From positions 8,962,292 through 9,026,291 of the forward strand of contig NC_069000.1 of NCBI RefSeq assembly GCF_001194135.2: a stretch of DNA of 64,000 nucleotides, in the 5' to 3' direction. Shown one piece after another: positions 12,673 through 26,674 of the stretch. The translations under genes were made by a program, and so were the position numbers. Source of the stretch: Octopus bimaculoides (taxonomy: Eukaryota). Each line of letters opens with the position of its first letter. Within the stretch, counting starts at the first letter, position 1. A model generated the notes under the pieces. That model made no database searches and had not been told where the DNA came from. It worked only from the letters and a program-made list of their open reading frames with translations.

Positions 12673-14366
12673 CATACACACATATATATATATAAAACTT
12701 GACTGCAGATATGACCTTTGTCATAACTGTTTCCTTTCATCTGAGAAATACTGATATCCTTTTCCTTCACCCCTGATCCGTTCCCCCCACACAAACTTAC
12801 ACCCACCCACCATCTTTCCTCTCTTCCTTCCTTGTATATTAGGAAATAAAAACAAGGAAGGAAATTGGTTAAAAGATTATTTTTCCTTGTTTAACTGTTT
12901 CTGATGACTGGAAGGATTTTCAGTTTGACAAGTAAAACCGTTTGTTTGGTGACACACATGGTTGTTGACTGACAACACGAAACACACCTCAGGCACACAC
13001 ATATAAGCACCATACACACACAAACACCACATATGCACACACAAACACCACATATGCACACACATTCTACATACACACTGCATTACACTGACACATACAC
13101 AAACTGATTGTCAAATAGGCAGACAGAAAGACAAGACAATGAGAGAAAAGCAATTATTACCCCTGAATCACAGGTATATAAACAAACCAGCACCAGTTGT
13201 CAAGCAGTGGTGGGAAACAAACACAAAGAGACACAGCTACACACATGCACACACACATATTATATATGTGTGTGCAAGTGTGTGTGTATGTGTGTGTGTA
13301 ATGGGCTTCTTTCAGTTTCCGTCTACCAAATCCACTCACAAGGCCTTGGCCGGCCAGAGGCCATAGAAGACATTTGCCCAGAGTACCACACGGTGGGAGT
13401 GAACTCAGAACCATGTGGTTAGGAAGCAAACTTCTAACTACCTAGCCACACAAGTACTCTATGACCATAAGTCTTTCCCAGGCAGAGACTATAAACTACA
13501 ACAACAACTTCATTACATCACTGTTCATCACTCCATCACCACCACTACTGTCCTCAGTGCCACCACCTCTTTGCCATCATTGTTCCCCACCTCACCATCA
13601 CCACCACCACCACCACCATAATCTCCTCTGCCACCTTCACTTACCCACTAACACTAATGATAATTACCAGAGAGCTTTTATGAGCCAAGCCAGTGTGTCA
13701 ACAAAAAGGGTTTCTACAGGGTTGTTCAACTTGCTAGAAATAGCAGCCACTCTGCCCTCAAGTCTCACACGCACAATCATTTAAAAGAAACAAAAATGAG
13801 ACAGTATGGTGTTACACTGTACCAAGGAAGGGGTAGGGAGACGAGATGGTCATGGCTGGAATGCATTTGATCATAGGCCTTCTCTGTCATCACTGACTCG
13901 AGGCTAGAGAACAACACAACCTATGCAGTGTTGCTGGATAAAGCTTAAGCACACACACACATACACACATTGTGCCAAAAGGTGACGGTCATTGCTGAAG
14001 TGTCTTTAATCATAAGGTCTGCTCCATCTTGGGCTGACATGGAGCAGAACACCACCATCACCACCACCACCACATTCAACAACAATCTATGCACTATAGA
14101 TAAATAGATAAATAAATTAAATAAATCTGACGCCCCCCCCCTCCTCATCCCCTTCACCACCACCGCACACACGCATGCGGATATACTCTACCACCGCCAC
14201 CACCGTACATTCACTTGAAATCCCAATTCAGCAATTATTGTCAACACTGCATAATTGTGGTGTGTTCTTTTTTTTTTTCTCCCTGCCGGAAAACCTTTCA
14301 AAACCTACCACTCCTCCTTCTCCCCCACCCACCTCTCTTTCTCTCTCTTTCTCTCTCTTTCTCTCT

Positions 14367-14408
<42 letters not shown>

Positions 14409-15585
14409 ATTCTATCGCTGCCCCTTGGTAACACAGAAAGGTCTGAGAACAGAGGAATGGTTTAGATCTTTGGGAGGGAAACATTGCTATTATGAGATTT
14501 TGGTCTTTTTGTCTGGTTCTTTGTTTCTGGTTTTGCTGGCCTTTTGTTATATTCTTTTGTTGATTTTTTTTTTGTTCGCAATTTTCAGTCATTGGCCTGT
14601 GGCCATGCTAGAGCAACACCATCTAGGATGGTAACCAACTATACTGATTCCCTGTACTTATTTTCAGTCAACTATTTTTCATAATGATCCCTTTTTATCA
14701 AGTGGCTGAATTCATCTAAGTTACATCACTATATACTGCATGATATTCTCTCTATGCACAAAAACATGCTCTCTTTATTTCTTCCTTCCTTCCTTCTCTC
14801 TCTCTCTCTCTCTCTCTCTCCCTTTTTCTCTTACATCAAATTAGTGTAATTTGTGAGCAATGTGACTGCTATTTCTAGCAGATCAAGCAACTATGTAAAG
14901 AGGCATTTTGTTGGCTCACATAGAGTTGTCAATGACGACTGTGGTAGTGGTGGTGGAGGTGGTTTATAGAGGTTTTAATCCTGTTGATGATGTTGGTAGC
15001 AGTAGTAGTTGTAATAGTGGTGGTGGTGGGGAGTAGTAGTAGTAGTAGTGGTAGCAGTAGTGATGGTAGTGGCGGTAGTAGTAGCAGAAGTGGTGGTGTT
15101 AGTAGTAGTAGTAGCTGTAGTGGTAGTATTAGAAGCAGCAGTTGTGGTGATGGTGGGAAGACGGTAGACAGACTACTTGACTCCAATCTTACTTTCAAGT
15201 GGATTCCCATTGAAGGAATTACTACATCTAGCAAGGTAGCCTATGCTGGTATTGAACAGTGTACTTTATGGATGGGTTGCCATGGAAGGAATGGTGATGG
15301 TGGTGCTGGGCCTAGATAAGAGGAAGGATGGAAGTATAAACATGACGCCAGTCAGGAGCTGGTGTAGATAATTTCTTTCTCTGACTTGTAATCTCAAATT
15401 TGTTTTGTTTTATTAATGTTTGTATTTTTCCAGTCATGAGACTGTGACCATGCTGGAGTACCACCTTGGAGAATTTTAGTCAAACGAATCAGCCCTAACT
15501 CTTTTTTTTATTGGGGCCACTTTTGATGAGTCATAGGGACATGAACACACCAATACCAGTTGTCAAGTGTTGGTGGGGGACAAAT

Positions 15586-15620
<35 letters not shown>

Positions 15621-16659
15621 CTATGGGCTTCATTCAGTTTCCATCCACCAAATTCACTCACAAGGTACTGCACAATGGGACTGAAACCAGAACCATGTGG
15701 TTGGGAAGCAAACTTCTTGCCACAAAACTATGCCTGTACCTCATCATCATCAGCATCGTTTAACGTCTGCCTTCCATGCTAGCATGGGTTGGACGATTTG
15801 ACTGAGGACTGGCGAACCAGATGGCTGCACCAGGATCCAATCTGATTTGGCAGAGTTTCTACAGCTGGATGCCCTTCCTAACGCCAACCACTCCGAGAGT
15901 GTGGTGGGTGCTTTTGGAGTTGCTTTCTTCAACTAAAACCCTTCAAGGCGGTGCCCTAGCAGTCATTTGACTAAAACAATTAAAAGAATAAAATAATAAT
16001 CATACATTATTTCATAGCTTTGAGATTCTGATGATGCATTTGTTTACATTTTAAATGGCATTACAGGGTAGTCGTGAGAGGCCTCATCTGGTCAACTTCA
16101 AAACAAAACAAGTAGAATATTTGGGCCTGTTAGGGCCAGTTTGAATGCTATAGGATTTTGATTTGAGGGAGATTTCACTGCTGTTTCTAGCAGGTTGAGA
16201 AGACAGATTTCAATGATCCACACTAATCCATGTGTGACCTTACAGTCTTTTTCTTTTTTTAAAGTATATCTAGGAATACATTACATAAGTTTTCCTTCAC
16301 TTTCTTAAGATAACAGGGTGTCAGTTGAAGATTTGGCTGTTATTTCTAACAGACTGAGCAACCACTGCATAGAGTCTCCGTTTGTTTGGTTTGTGATTGA
16401 ACTGAAGTGGTGGTAACAAAGATATCTATTATTACTGTAGATCCTTTTTGAGTATTGGCAAAGAAGAAAAAACTAGTGGTGGTGGTGGTGGTGGTGGAGG
16501 TGATCTTGAAGGTCAATGTGGTGGTGATGGTGGTGGGTTTGTGGTTAGAAAAGATAAAATTAGGACAACTGCTCAAATATGTGTGCATATGTATGTATGT
16601 ATGTATGTATGTAAATTGAGCAGTAATCCTAATTTTAGTCCTTGTCTGTAACCCTCTCC

Positions 16660-16707
<48 letters not shown>

Positions 16708-17654
16708 AGAGTTACCTGTATGTAGAGAGAGAGCTAAGAAGGCAACAGACAGACGTTTGACAGCTTGGAGGTCACAGCCACTGTTTCATGCTTGACATAA
16801 TTTACAAAGCTAATACTTACTTGGTAATCCTTCTTAATCTCCTTCAGAGAGATAAGCTTATTTATTCGGCTATTGTTTGCTATAAACTCTTTGTTGCCCC
16901 CTTGAACTACCACCACAACAACAACAACTACCACCACTACTACTTCCTGATGAGGTCAGTGTCCTGCAACTGAGCGGGAAGGGCTCTTCAGGGTGGTCAT
17001 GGTCAAAACACCTGCTAGAAACAGTAGCAAATCTCAAATTGCACAAATTTGTTCAATTATAAAAAATCTGATTTTATCTTGAAAACCTTGCGTGCATGCA
17101 TTTTTTCCTTTCGGTATTGCAAGACATATGTGCACACAAGCTTATAGCTTAGAGAGAACAATGATCATAGCTATACTCAGTTAGAGCTGACCTTGGGCTA
17201 AACTACATCAATAATCTTCAATATGAACGGCCACATTTTTTGTCAAGATAAGCCGAGCCAATGAGATTATAATATAGTCCTAGATACAGTTATATCTGGA
17301 AAACGGAATGGTCATGATATAGGTACCTTTAATCAAAGACCTGTTTAATCAGGGGTCCATCTGGAACTAAACAATAACAAATATAACATGTCCACAAAGG
17401 ATTATTGTTATGCCTGAAAACAGCAGTCAAATCTCTGTCAAATCATGCTCCGTCTCAGAAAAGGAAGGTCAATGTAGTCTTAACCCTTTAGCATCTAATG
17501 GAATGCTTGTTTATTCACATTGTTTTAAAATAATCCTGTATTATCTCATAGCTTTAGGATTTCAATGATGTGATTGTACATTTTAGAATGACATTGTAGG
17601 GTAGGTGTGAGAGGCATGATCTGGCTGGTTTCAAAATAAAACAGGTAGAATGAT

Positions 17655-17685
<31 letters not shown>

Positions 17686-19485
17686 TGTGCATACATTTGT
17701 TGCAGAAAAAGTTTTGGTACATGATTTGTTTGCACACACTGATGGATAAAAATTCATGGTATCACGAAGGCAGGGATGCTTTTGATCATAAACCTTGACT
17801 GATCAAGGCTGACCTGGGGTTAAACAGCAATAATAACTCTTGTAATATGGAACCAGTGTGAGAGTTGGGGCTTGATAGTCACTAGAATTGGTCAGCTACA
17901 CAAATGGTTGTCTGAGTCAACGTGAATCAGAAGCAACCAGAATGAATCGAGATGGATCAGATTGGAAACAATGACAACACACAAAAGACCAATAATGGTG
18001 CGTCATGAGACAATGTAGAGATGCATGTCTGAGCTCTTCGCTTTTGTTAGTAAAGCAGTGTTATTTTTAAACAAAATATTATCCTACTTCATCCCAGAAG
18101 ATGAGCAAGCCAGTGCAATGTAAAATAATAATGTTAAATACAATCTTATATTTAGTTAGAACTATTATAGTTCTGTGTTCCAATTTTATCAGCCTCAGCT
18201 ATGTTGGCTTTCTTCTTCTGGGCCGGATAAAATATGTCAGTAATATATCTGCCGGGACAAAGTGGGCTGTACATTGTATCTTTTTATCTTTTACTTGTTC
18301 CACTGGGGTTAGTGAAAAGCATTGCTAGGCGTCTACTGTTAGAGGGCAAGAGAGAGACAGCCTTTATTTACATGTTCACTCGACCTGCTAGAAATAGCAA
18401 CTGAACATTATTCAAATCATAACCCTACTAAACACATGGGAAGATGTATTCTACCCAGGTAAAAAATAAATAAATAAATAAAAAAGAAACGAGAATGGAG
18501 CTGGGCAGTGTTCATGACAGGAATATTTTCATCTTGAGTCTACTCAATCAGAACTTGACCTGGGGCTAAACAAGAAATGTCCACTATTGTTACAGAGCAC
18601 ATGTCAACACTGGAAGCAAATGATTCTTCCACAGGTCAAATGAGAGTTCTACTGACCACCACTACCAACGAATGGTTTAGCAAGTATCTACAACTTCTAT
18701 TGGTGGTGGTGGCCATTTTAGGAAGTGGTAGTAATGTTGTTAGCAGGGAAGCAATGCTTATTGTTTATAGGTTATTGGCCATTGATACTGGATGGGTCAG
18801 CCTGCTTTCCTACACCAAGCAGTGATGTCACTGGATGAGGTCAACTAGTGCTTGTGAGAATAGGGTTGGTGTTGGAGGCTATTTTATAGTGTGCATGTGT
18901 GTGTGTATATATGCCCACTTAATTTATAAAACACACCAGGGATCTGGTCAATATATATTTCAGATTGGCTCTATAATGGCTTTTTTATCCTGGACTAATT
19001 GTTTTGAATGATAACAACCTTTGCTGCATTGACTAAATCCCCACTCCCACCCTATATCTCTCCTCCTCCACCCTGCTACCTCCTCCACCACCACCACCAC
19101 CATTATTACTCCACAGCTTTATCCCCCCCCCCCGACACATTATTATTATTATCAATTATTGCTTTTAGCTGCCCAGTTAAAAATCTTTAATCTCCATTTC
19201 CATCCCCCAATTTAGATAAAAACATGTTCACTTCCTATCAATTCTTGTATTCCAACCTCGCCCACCATTCCTTTATCTCTATCACATATTAGCACCCATC
19301 ACACACACACACACTCTTTCTCCTGCCCTTTTTCTCTCCCTCTCTTTCTCTTTCCAGCCCCTCTCTCATTCTTTCTCCCTTCCTCTCTCTCTCTCTTTCT
19401 CTCTAGTAGTACATGTAACACACACTCTCATCCTTACACTCACAGAGACTCCCTACACACACACACACACACACACACTCTCTCA

Positions 19486-19543
<58 letters not shown>

Positions 19544-20349
19544 GCAACATACATTTGTAATACATCCGCATGCATTCAGCCCATCTCCTCACTGTCCTAC
19601 ATATCCATACACATTTCCACATGTACATACATTTACAATCTCCCCACCCCTCTCTTCACACACACACAAACCCCTATCACAAGGTTTATTTTATAATTCC
19701 CCATATTTACATCCTCTTCTAATGACCAAAGATTTTCCTGTCACATCAAACATCATCTTCTGCTTTCCCCATTTATCTATAAACAGGAGCATATATTTTC
19801 CTACTGATATTTTGGTTTGGTGAAGGTGCTAGGGGTAGATTAGGGCGTGTTCCTGTCTCTTTTTACTGTACAGTGAACTGGGCCTGGCGGAGCTTTCAAC
19901 AAAACCTTTTAAACCTGACATACATTTAGATTAAAGCCATTCTTTAAAATGTTTATCATTTACTTCTAAAAGAGGGAATAAGATATCTTTTATCCTTCAA
20001 TTCTTCAATTTTTGTTGGGCCATCATTGCTAAGACCATGCTGGAGCATCAGCTTCTAGAATGTTTATAGAAAACATTTTTTTTTTTTTGCTTAAATTTTG
20101 TATTTACATAGTTATTCTATTGGTTGCCTTTTGCTGAACCTCTATGTTAAAGGGATGTAAGCAAACCAATACAGGTTGTCAAATAATGATACACACACAC
20201 ACACACACACGGTCCCTGGTTCACAGCTTCAGTCCCACTTCATGGTACTTTCAGCAAGCGTCTTCCACTATTGTCTCAAGCGGACCAAAATCTTGTGAGT
20301 GGTAGATGGTAACTGAAAGAAGCCCATCATGTGTGTGTGTATGTATGTA

Positions 20350-20720
20350 TGTATGTATGTATATACACTTTTACTTGTTTCAGTCATTTGAGTGTGGCCA
20401 TGCTAGAGCACCGCCTTTCAGTCGAGCAAATCAAGCCCAGGACTTATTCTTTGTAAGCCTAGTACTTATTCTATTGGTCTCTTTTGCCAAAATCACTAAG
20501 TTACAGAGACGTCAACACACCAAGCGATGGAGGAGGGGACAAACAGAGACACAAACAAGAGTCGCTTCTTTCAGTTTCCGTCTCCCAAATCCACTCACAA
20601 GGTTTTGGTTGGCCCGAGGCTATAGTAGAAGACACTTGCCCAAGGTCTCGTGCAGTGGGACTGAACTTGGAACCATGTAGTTGGGAAGCAAGCTACTTAC
20701 CACATAACCACTCCTGCACC
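20350..20720 (-). mobile_element. SINE family A, full length
   Basis: Collinear with 791-1182. Confidence 0.85.
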
Positions 20721-21242
20721 TATGATGACCTTTATAAAAAAAATGAAATTAAATAAAAACACTTTTAAATCCTGGTTTATGATTTGGCAGTTATTTCTAG
20801 CAAATTGAGTAATTGCGCACAGGCTCACTCTGTGCTCTCTGTATACTGGATGTTGTCAGTGTTGATGGCTGTGGATTTGGTGGTGTGGTGTGGTGTGGGG
20901 AGGAGCGACGGTGAATGAGGTGGCGTCAATGGGTACGCAGGTGATGGCGGCAGCGGCTGGTGTTGTGATGAATGGTGTGGAACTGTTGACAGAAGCGGAG
21001 GAGGTGGTTGTGTTGGTGTTGGAGGCAGATCAAAGATGGAGAAATAATGGGGTTGTTATGGTTTCCATTAACTCCTACCACCAGCACAGCCCTTTTGTCA
21101 CTTTCCTTCCAAATCTACCACCATTGATATATATATATATATATATATAAGTGTGTGTGTGTATATATGTATGTATATACATACACACATAAACACACCA
21201 CTCTCAAGTTAACTCTTAGTCATCCAAAGATGGCAGGAAATT

Positions 21243-21456
21243 GGGAGGCACTATCTAATCATTTGATCTGCTAGAAATAGGAGTTAAATCTGCCTTAAAT
21301 CACATCCTACCATCTCGGAGAAAAGCATGTCGGACAATGAGATCTTGGGTTCTCTGCACCTAAGAAAAAAAAAAGATGAGATGGCCAACATTGAAATGCT
21401 TGTGATCATAACACTCCTCAATCTGGACTGACCTAGGGCTAAACAACATCAACAAC
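21243..21456 (+). repeat. Old dispersed repeat (family E: ctgctagaaatagcagccaaatct...gctgacctggggctaaacaac)
   Basis: Degenerate copies near 7900, 8120, 11500, 13700, 14860, 17000, 17400, 18380, 22860, 59180, 60020, 61460, 63000; (CAA)n-like end suggests a retroposon. Confidence 0.7.
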
Positions 21457-22115
21457 TACAGCTTCTGCCCTAAACCACCTCCAGCAACACCCAAAGCACT
21501 TTCTTGTTCTAAAATCTAAAATATATGAAAAACATAAGTCAGGCTGATGTAAACTAGATGGCCCTTTTAAGGACCACCACACCCCTAATCTAACTAGAAT
21601 CTACCCACCCAGCTATTTATTTTTCAGTGTTAGACATCCACCCCACACACACACTCTCATTATTATTATCATTATTATTATTTATTTATTTTTTTTATTT
21701 CATTATACGTAAACCCCCACACATTTTCGTCTCTCTTTGTTTTGACCCCCTTATCCTCTGCCCTGGTGGCAAATAAAAGAAATTGTTGTTATTATTATTA
21801 TGATTATTATTATTATTATTATTATTACCCTACACACACACACACACACATTTCTTTCTGTTGAAAGCTTCTGGTTTCAATCTTTGATTCTTGTTATAAA
21901 AAAAGAGGTCTATGGCGAGGAATTTATAATAAGACTTGAATTACTTCGAGTTGTTGTTATTGGGTCAGCCTGTTGTTGTTGTTGCTGCTAAATTTCTCTC
22001 TCTCTCTCTCTGGTCTGTGTAGTCTATGTATGTGTATGTATGCATATATATGTATGTGTGTGTGTGTTTGCGTGGAACAAGGAAATGAATTGTAATTTGG
22101 CTGTGTTTGCTTCTA

Positions 22116-22185
<70 letters not shown>

Positions 22186-22249
22186 GAACAGGAAATATGG
22201 AATTGTATTTTGTTATGTATTTGGTTGTATTTGTTTGTTTATTTATGTA

Positions 22250-22280
<31 letters not shown>

Positions 22281-22754
22281 TATATATGTTTGTATTTGTG
22301 TGTGTATGTACATGTGTGTATATGTATGTAATATGTATGTATACTTGCACACATACATGCAGACACACATACATGCAGACACACATATGTACTCATATTT
22401 ACATATACACAAGCTACACTTATATTTATACACACATACATGCACACATACATACACTCATACATTCATACATACATACATACACTCATACATACATACA
22501 TACACACACAGTCACACTTATATGTATGTATGCACACTGAATCACAACATGCTGTTTATAATCTTTATAAAAATTGTTTCTATTTGAAATATTATTCAAA
22601 AATGTTTTCAACTTCAACTCATTAAAATGCATTCTTTTTACTCCTCTTACCCTCCCTCACTTTCTCTTACCCCTCTTTATCTCTCTCTCTCTCTCTCTCT
22701 CCATCCACCCTTTATACCAAGCATCTACCTCAAGTTTAACTGAACTCGAGGTAG

Positions 22755-22918
22755 ATGACCATCCTGTCTTTTTAGGGATGTCTAGCAACATATTATTCTA
22801 TGTGCCCTTTTGTCTCAGCTGTACAACAAAGTTTAACTGAACTCTGTTGTACAGCTGAGACAAAAGGGAACATAGAATAATATGTTGCTAGACATCCCTA
22901 AACTGACAGGATGGTCAT
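22755..22918. repeat. Near-perfect hairpin with 79-bp arms and a 6-nt loop
   Basis: 22755-22833 versus 22840-22918; 4 mismatches on manual comparison. Confidence 0.9.
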
Positions 22919-24020
22919 GACTGGAATATCTTTGATAATAGGTTTTCTCAGTCATGGGTTGGCCTGGGGCTAAACAACAATGGCAACAAATGCAACCACT
23001 CAGTTGAAAATCTTAAATCTGTTCAAGACATCCTCATCCCTTACCATCCACTTACCCAAGTGATCATTCCTTCTCCTCCTCCTTGTCCCCTGTCCACTGG
23101 CTGATAGATAAAACAAGGGGTTCCCCTCATTAGAAACCCCGGTGCAAATATAAGTAGCAAGGGATCAGGGAGAGCCAGAAGGCACCCAACTTTATATACT
23201 AATGTATAACATGTGTGGATGTTTTACTCATAATTGGAAGCAAATAGGGAGTTGTGATGGTGATGATGATGATAGTAGGAGTGGTGGTGGTGGTGGTGGT
23301 GGTCAGAATAGTTTAGAGTATCAGAAGAGGACTAAGAGGAGGAGGAGGAGAAAGTTTTTCTCTCTCTCTGGACAGCTTTCAGATGATGTAGTGTTTTTAT
23401 TTTGTTCTTTTTTTGTTATTCCTTTTTAAGAAAGATTTTTTTGGGGTTTTTTTTGCATTCATAGTATGCTATTTTGCATGTTTTCTTTGTTTCTTGCATG
23501 TATTTTTTTATACCCTTTTTGTTATTTTTCTTGATGTAACTGCACTCATTGTTGCTGGGGGTAGTTTCGGTGGTAGGGGGTGGGAGGGTTATTGAACAGG
23601 AGTCCATGCCTGGTTCCGGAGATTACCAGAGTTAATAAATAATTAGGGATAAAGATGGAGTCGGTTATTAACATGGAGGCTAACACCCTCCTTTTCCCTC
23701 AATATTGTGAACTCCCCCTTCTTTCCTCTAAAGCTTTGCCATCCCTGTTTCAGGAAAAAGGGTTACTTAAGGGATCACCAGATTAGTGGTTGTTATTGTT
23801 GTTGTTTTACCTCAGGTCCATACTTTTTTCTTTTTTTTTTTTGCCACACTTATCGGCTCAGTTTTGTAATCAAGTAAAACAAACTAAAAACATCTAAAAG
23901 AAACATAGACTTCATCATCACCATTGTTTAGCATCCTCTTGCCATGCTGGCATGGGTTGGATGGAGTTACAACATGAACAGCCTATTGTATTCTGGGTCC
24001 TATTTGTGATGGTTGGATTA

Positions 24021-24245
24021 CAGTAATCCCTCGACTATCACTGGTGTTACATTCCAAAACCCTCTGTGATAGGTGAAAATCCAAGAAGTAGAAACAGAAC
24101 TGTACTGTACATTTTTTTCTATTATTTTTATAATTTGTATGTATTTATTTTATTATAAATGCTAAACAACACCATGGAGGAATCGATGTAAGCTTAAATA
24201 ATAAACCGCGATAAGTGAACCATGATATATGGTGAGGGATTTCTG
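24021..24245. mobile_element. Tigger/pogo (TcMar)-type MITE
   Basis: TA TSDs at 24019-24020 and 24246-24247; TIR cagtaatccctc / gagggatttctg. Confidence 0.75.
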
Positions 24246-24509
24246 TATTACTAACACAGTAGAATGCAGGATCGTCCTTAAAGCAACAGATAAATAGTGC
24301 CTTGCTCAATCAGTCAACTTGGTACAGCTACAACAAGAAGTATATTCAGAAAACATTCATGAATTTTTGTTTTTTTTTTTGCTGGTCCTAAGGCCTTTTT
24401 TTGGCAAGCCTTCCTAAACAAGTGAGTCTTTATACAGCTAATGTTCCTCTTCCATCTTGGTAAGTGAACACCTGTGGGGAAAAAAAAAGACATATATATA
24501 TATATTGTA

Positions 24510-24766
24510 TAAAGGATCATGGGTAAGGCCAAAACAATGGGAAATAAATGCAAGGTAAATCATAATAAAACAAATATGTGAACTAATTGTAGATTTACCT
24601 TGTATTCAATATTTCAGGGTTATGACCCCATTTTCAAGAAATTGACAAATGTCATAACCCCGAAATATTGAATACAAGGTAAGTCTACATTAATTCACAT
24701 ATTTGCTTTCATGTGATTTACCTTGCATTTACTTCACATTGTTTTGGCCTTACCCACGACCCTTTA
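24510..24766. repeat. Foldback element with arms of about 117 bp and a 24-nt loop
   Basis: 24510-24626 is an imperfect reverse complement of 24651-24766. Confidence 0.85.
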
Positions 24767-26015
24767 AAATACAATATATTCTACATAATGCTTCATAGTA
24801 ACTATTGCATATATATGTATATTTATATACACATATATTTATATATACGTGTATATTTATTTTTATATATATGTATATTTATATATTTGTATATTGTTTA
24901 CACATACACACTCACACGCATTAGCCAGTGGATAAAACCATCGCAGAAAAAGTGTGACCAATCTAAATATATACAGTTTTAACACCTCAGCAAAAGCCAT
25001 ACTACTGAAGACATGTAATTTATTAGTTAAATGAGCCTTGCTTTCAAGTAAAGCTCTCTCTCTCTTTCTCTCTCTCTCTATCTCCCCCCTCTCTCTTTCT
25101 CTCATGTGCAAGAAGTAGAAACAAGGCCTGTAATTTACAGTGAGCCTATATTGTTTCTATTCTTGTCTCATGCATGTCTGCACACGCACGCACACACGTG
25201 TGTGTATGTACACGCAATGAAGTAGTCAGAGCCATGACATGATTACAACCACATACCATTACTACCACCACCACACCAATTGCCCTTCAGTCAGCTGCTT
25301 CTTCCAGAGAAGAGCAATACTACACACACACACACAGCTTTTGCTTCAATTCAGATGTTGATTGCTTTTGCACACTTGTTTACTCTATTGCATGTGTGTG
25401 TTTGGTCTGAGTAAATCTAAGATATGTCACATAGTTTTCTCAAATACGTGAAACAGACCTCACCACCACCAGTATTGTCACTGCCATCTCCATCACCACT
25501 GCCTCAATCACCACCACCGCCGCCGCCGCCATCATCATCATCATCATCATATCTAATTTTTCTAAGTTATAATTGGCACGGGATGTGATGGCTTTGATCC
25601 TGCATGAAGCAAATGAATGACATTGTGGTTGCATATATCAACATTATCATCATCATCATCATTATCATCATCATCTAACATCCATCTTCCATGCTGACAT
25701 AGCTTGGATTGTTTGACAGGCTTCAAAAATTTGGAGGACTGCATTGTGATCCAAAATTTGCTTTGGCATAGTTTCTATAGCTGGATGCACTTTGTGTGTG
25801 TGTGTTTACCCCCAACCATCTATTGACAACTGACAAGTGGACAGGCTGGCTGATGGACAGATTTACTGACAGAAGTTGCTTTCCAACCACATGGTTCAGA
25901 GTTCAGTCTCCTTGTGTGGCACCTTGAGCAAGTGTCTTCTACTATATCCTCACACCAGCTAAAGCCTTGTGAGTGAATTTGGTAGATGGAAACTAAACGA
26001 AGCCCATCATATATC

Positions 26016-26054
<39 letters not shown>

Positions 26055-26632
26055 ACAGGCAAAATAGATAGACAGACAGACAGGACCAGCAAACCAATGG
26101 GCAGATAGGCAGACAAACATCCAAAGTAAGAGACCAATTGACAGGAAAACATAAAGACAGAGGAACTGTGAGTCAGACACAGACAAATCGGCAGACATAC
26201 AAACGTGACAGACAGATTGACAGAGAAACACACACACACGCACACGCACGCACACACACACACACACGCACGCACACACACTGTATCCTAGTAGAAATAA
26301 TTGCTATTGCAGTGATGTTTTGGGAAGTGAAAGAAAGAAAATTAAAAAAATAGGGAATACAAAGTGGAAGTGTGGAAATCTGTTGTGGTGGGGGTGTTCT
26401 GAACTATGTTGGGTTTACTGAAAGTTCCTTAAATGCCATCATTGTAACCAAATTCTTATTGGAAACGTTAGAAACCACTTGGGACTTACAAGATTTTGTC
26501 AGAACAGTCTTTTCATTGGTTTGGTTCCATCGCTATATATTGTAGAATTTCTGCCAATTTTTTTTCTTTTTCAGTTTAGTTGTCAATGTACAGATGTATA
26601 TTTTGTATGTAGGCATGTGTGTNNNNNNNNNN

Positions 26633-26674
<42 letters not shown>

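Noticed and set aside
14929-15319. Ser/Gly/Leu-rich ORFs, and the GGT-rich ORF at 20890-21150
   Set aside because: Degenerate trinucleotide repeats
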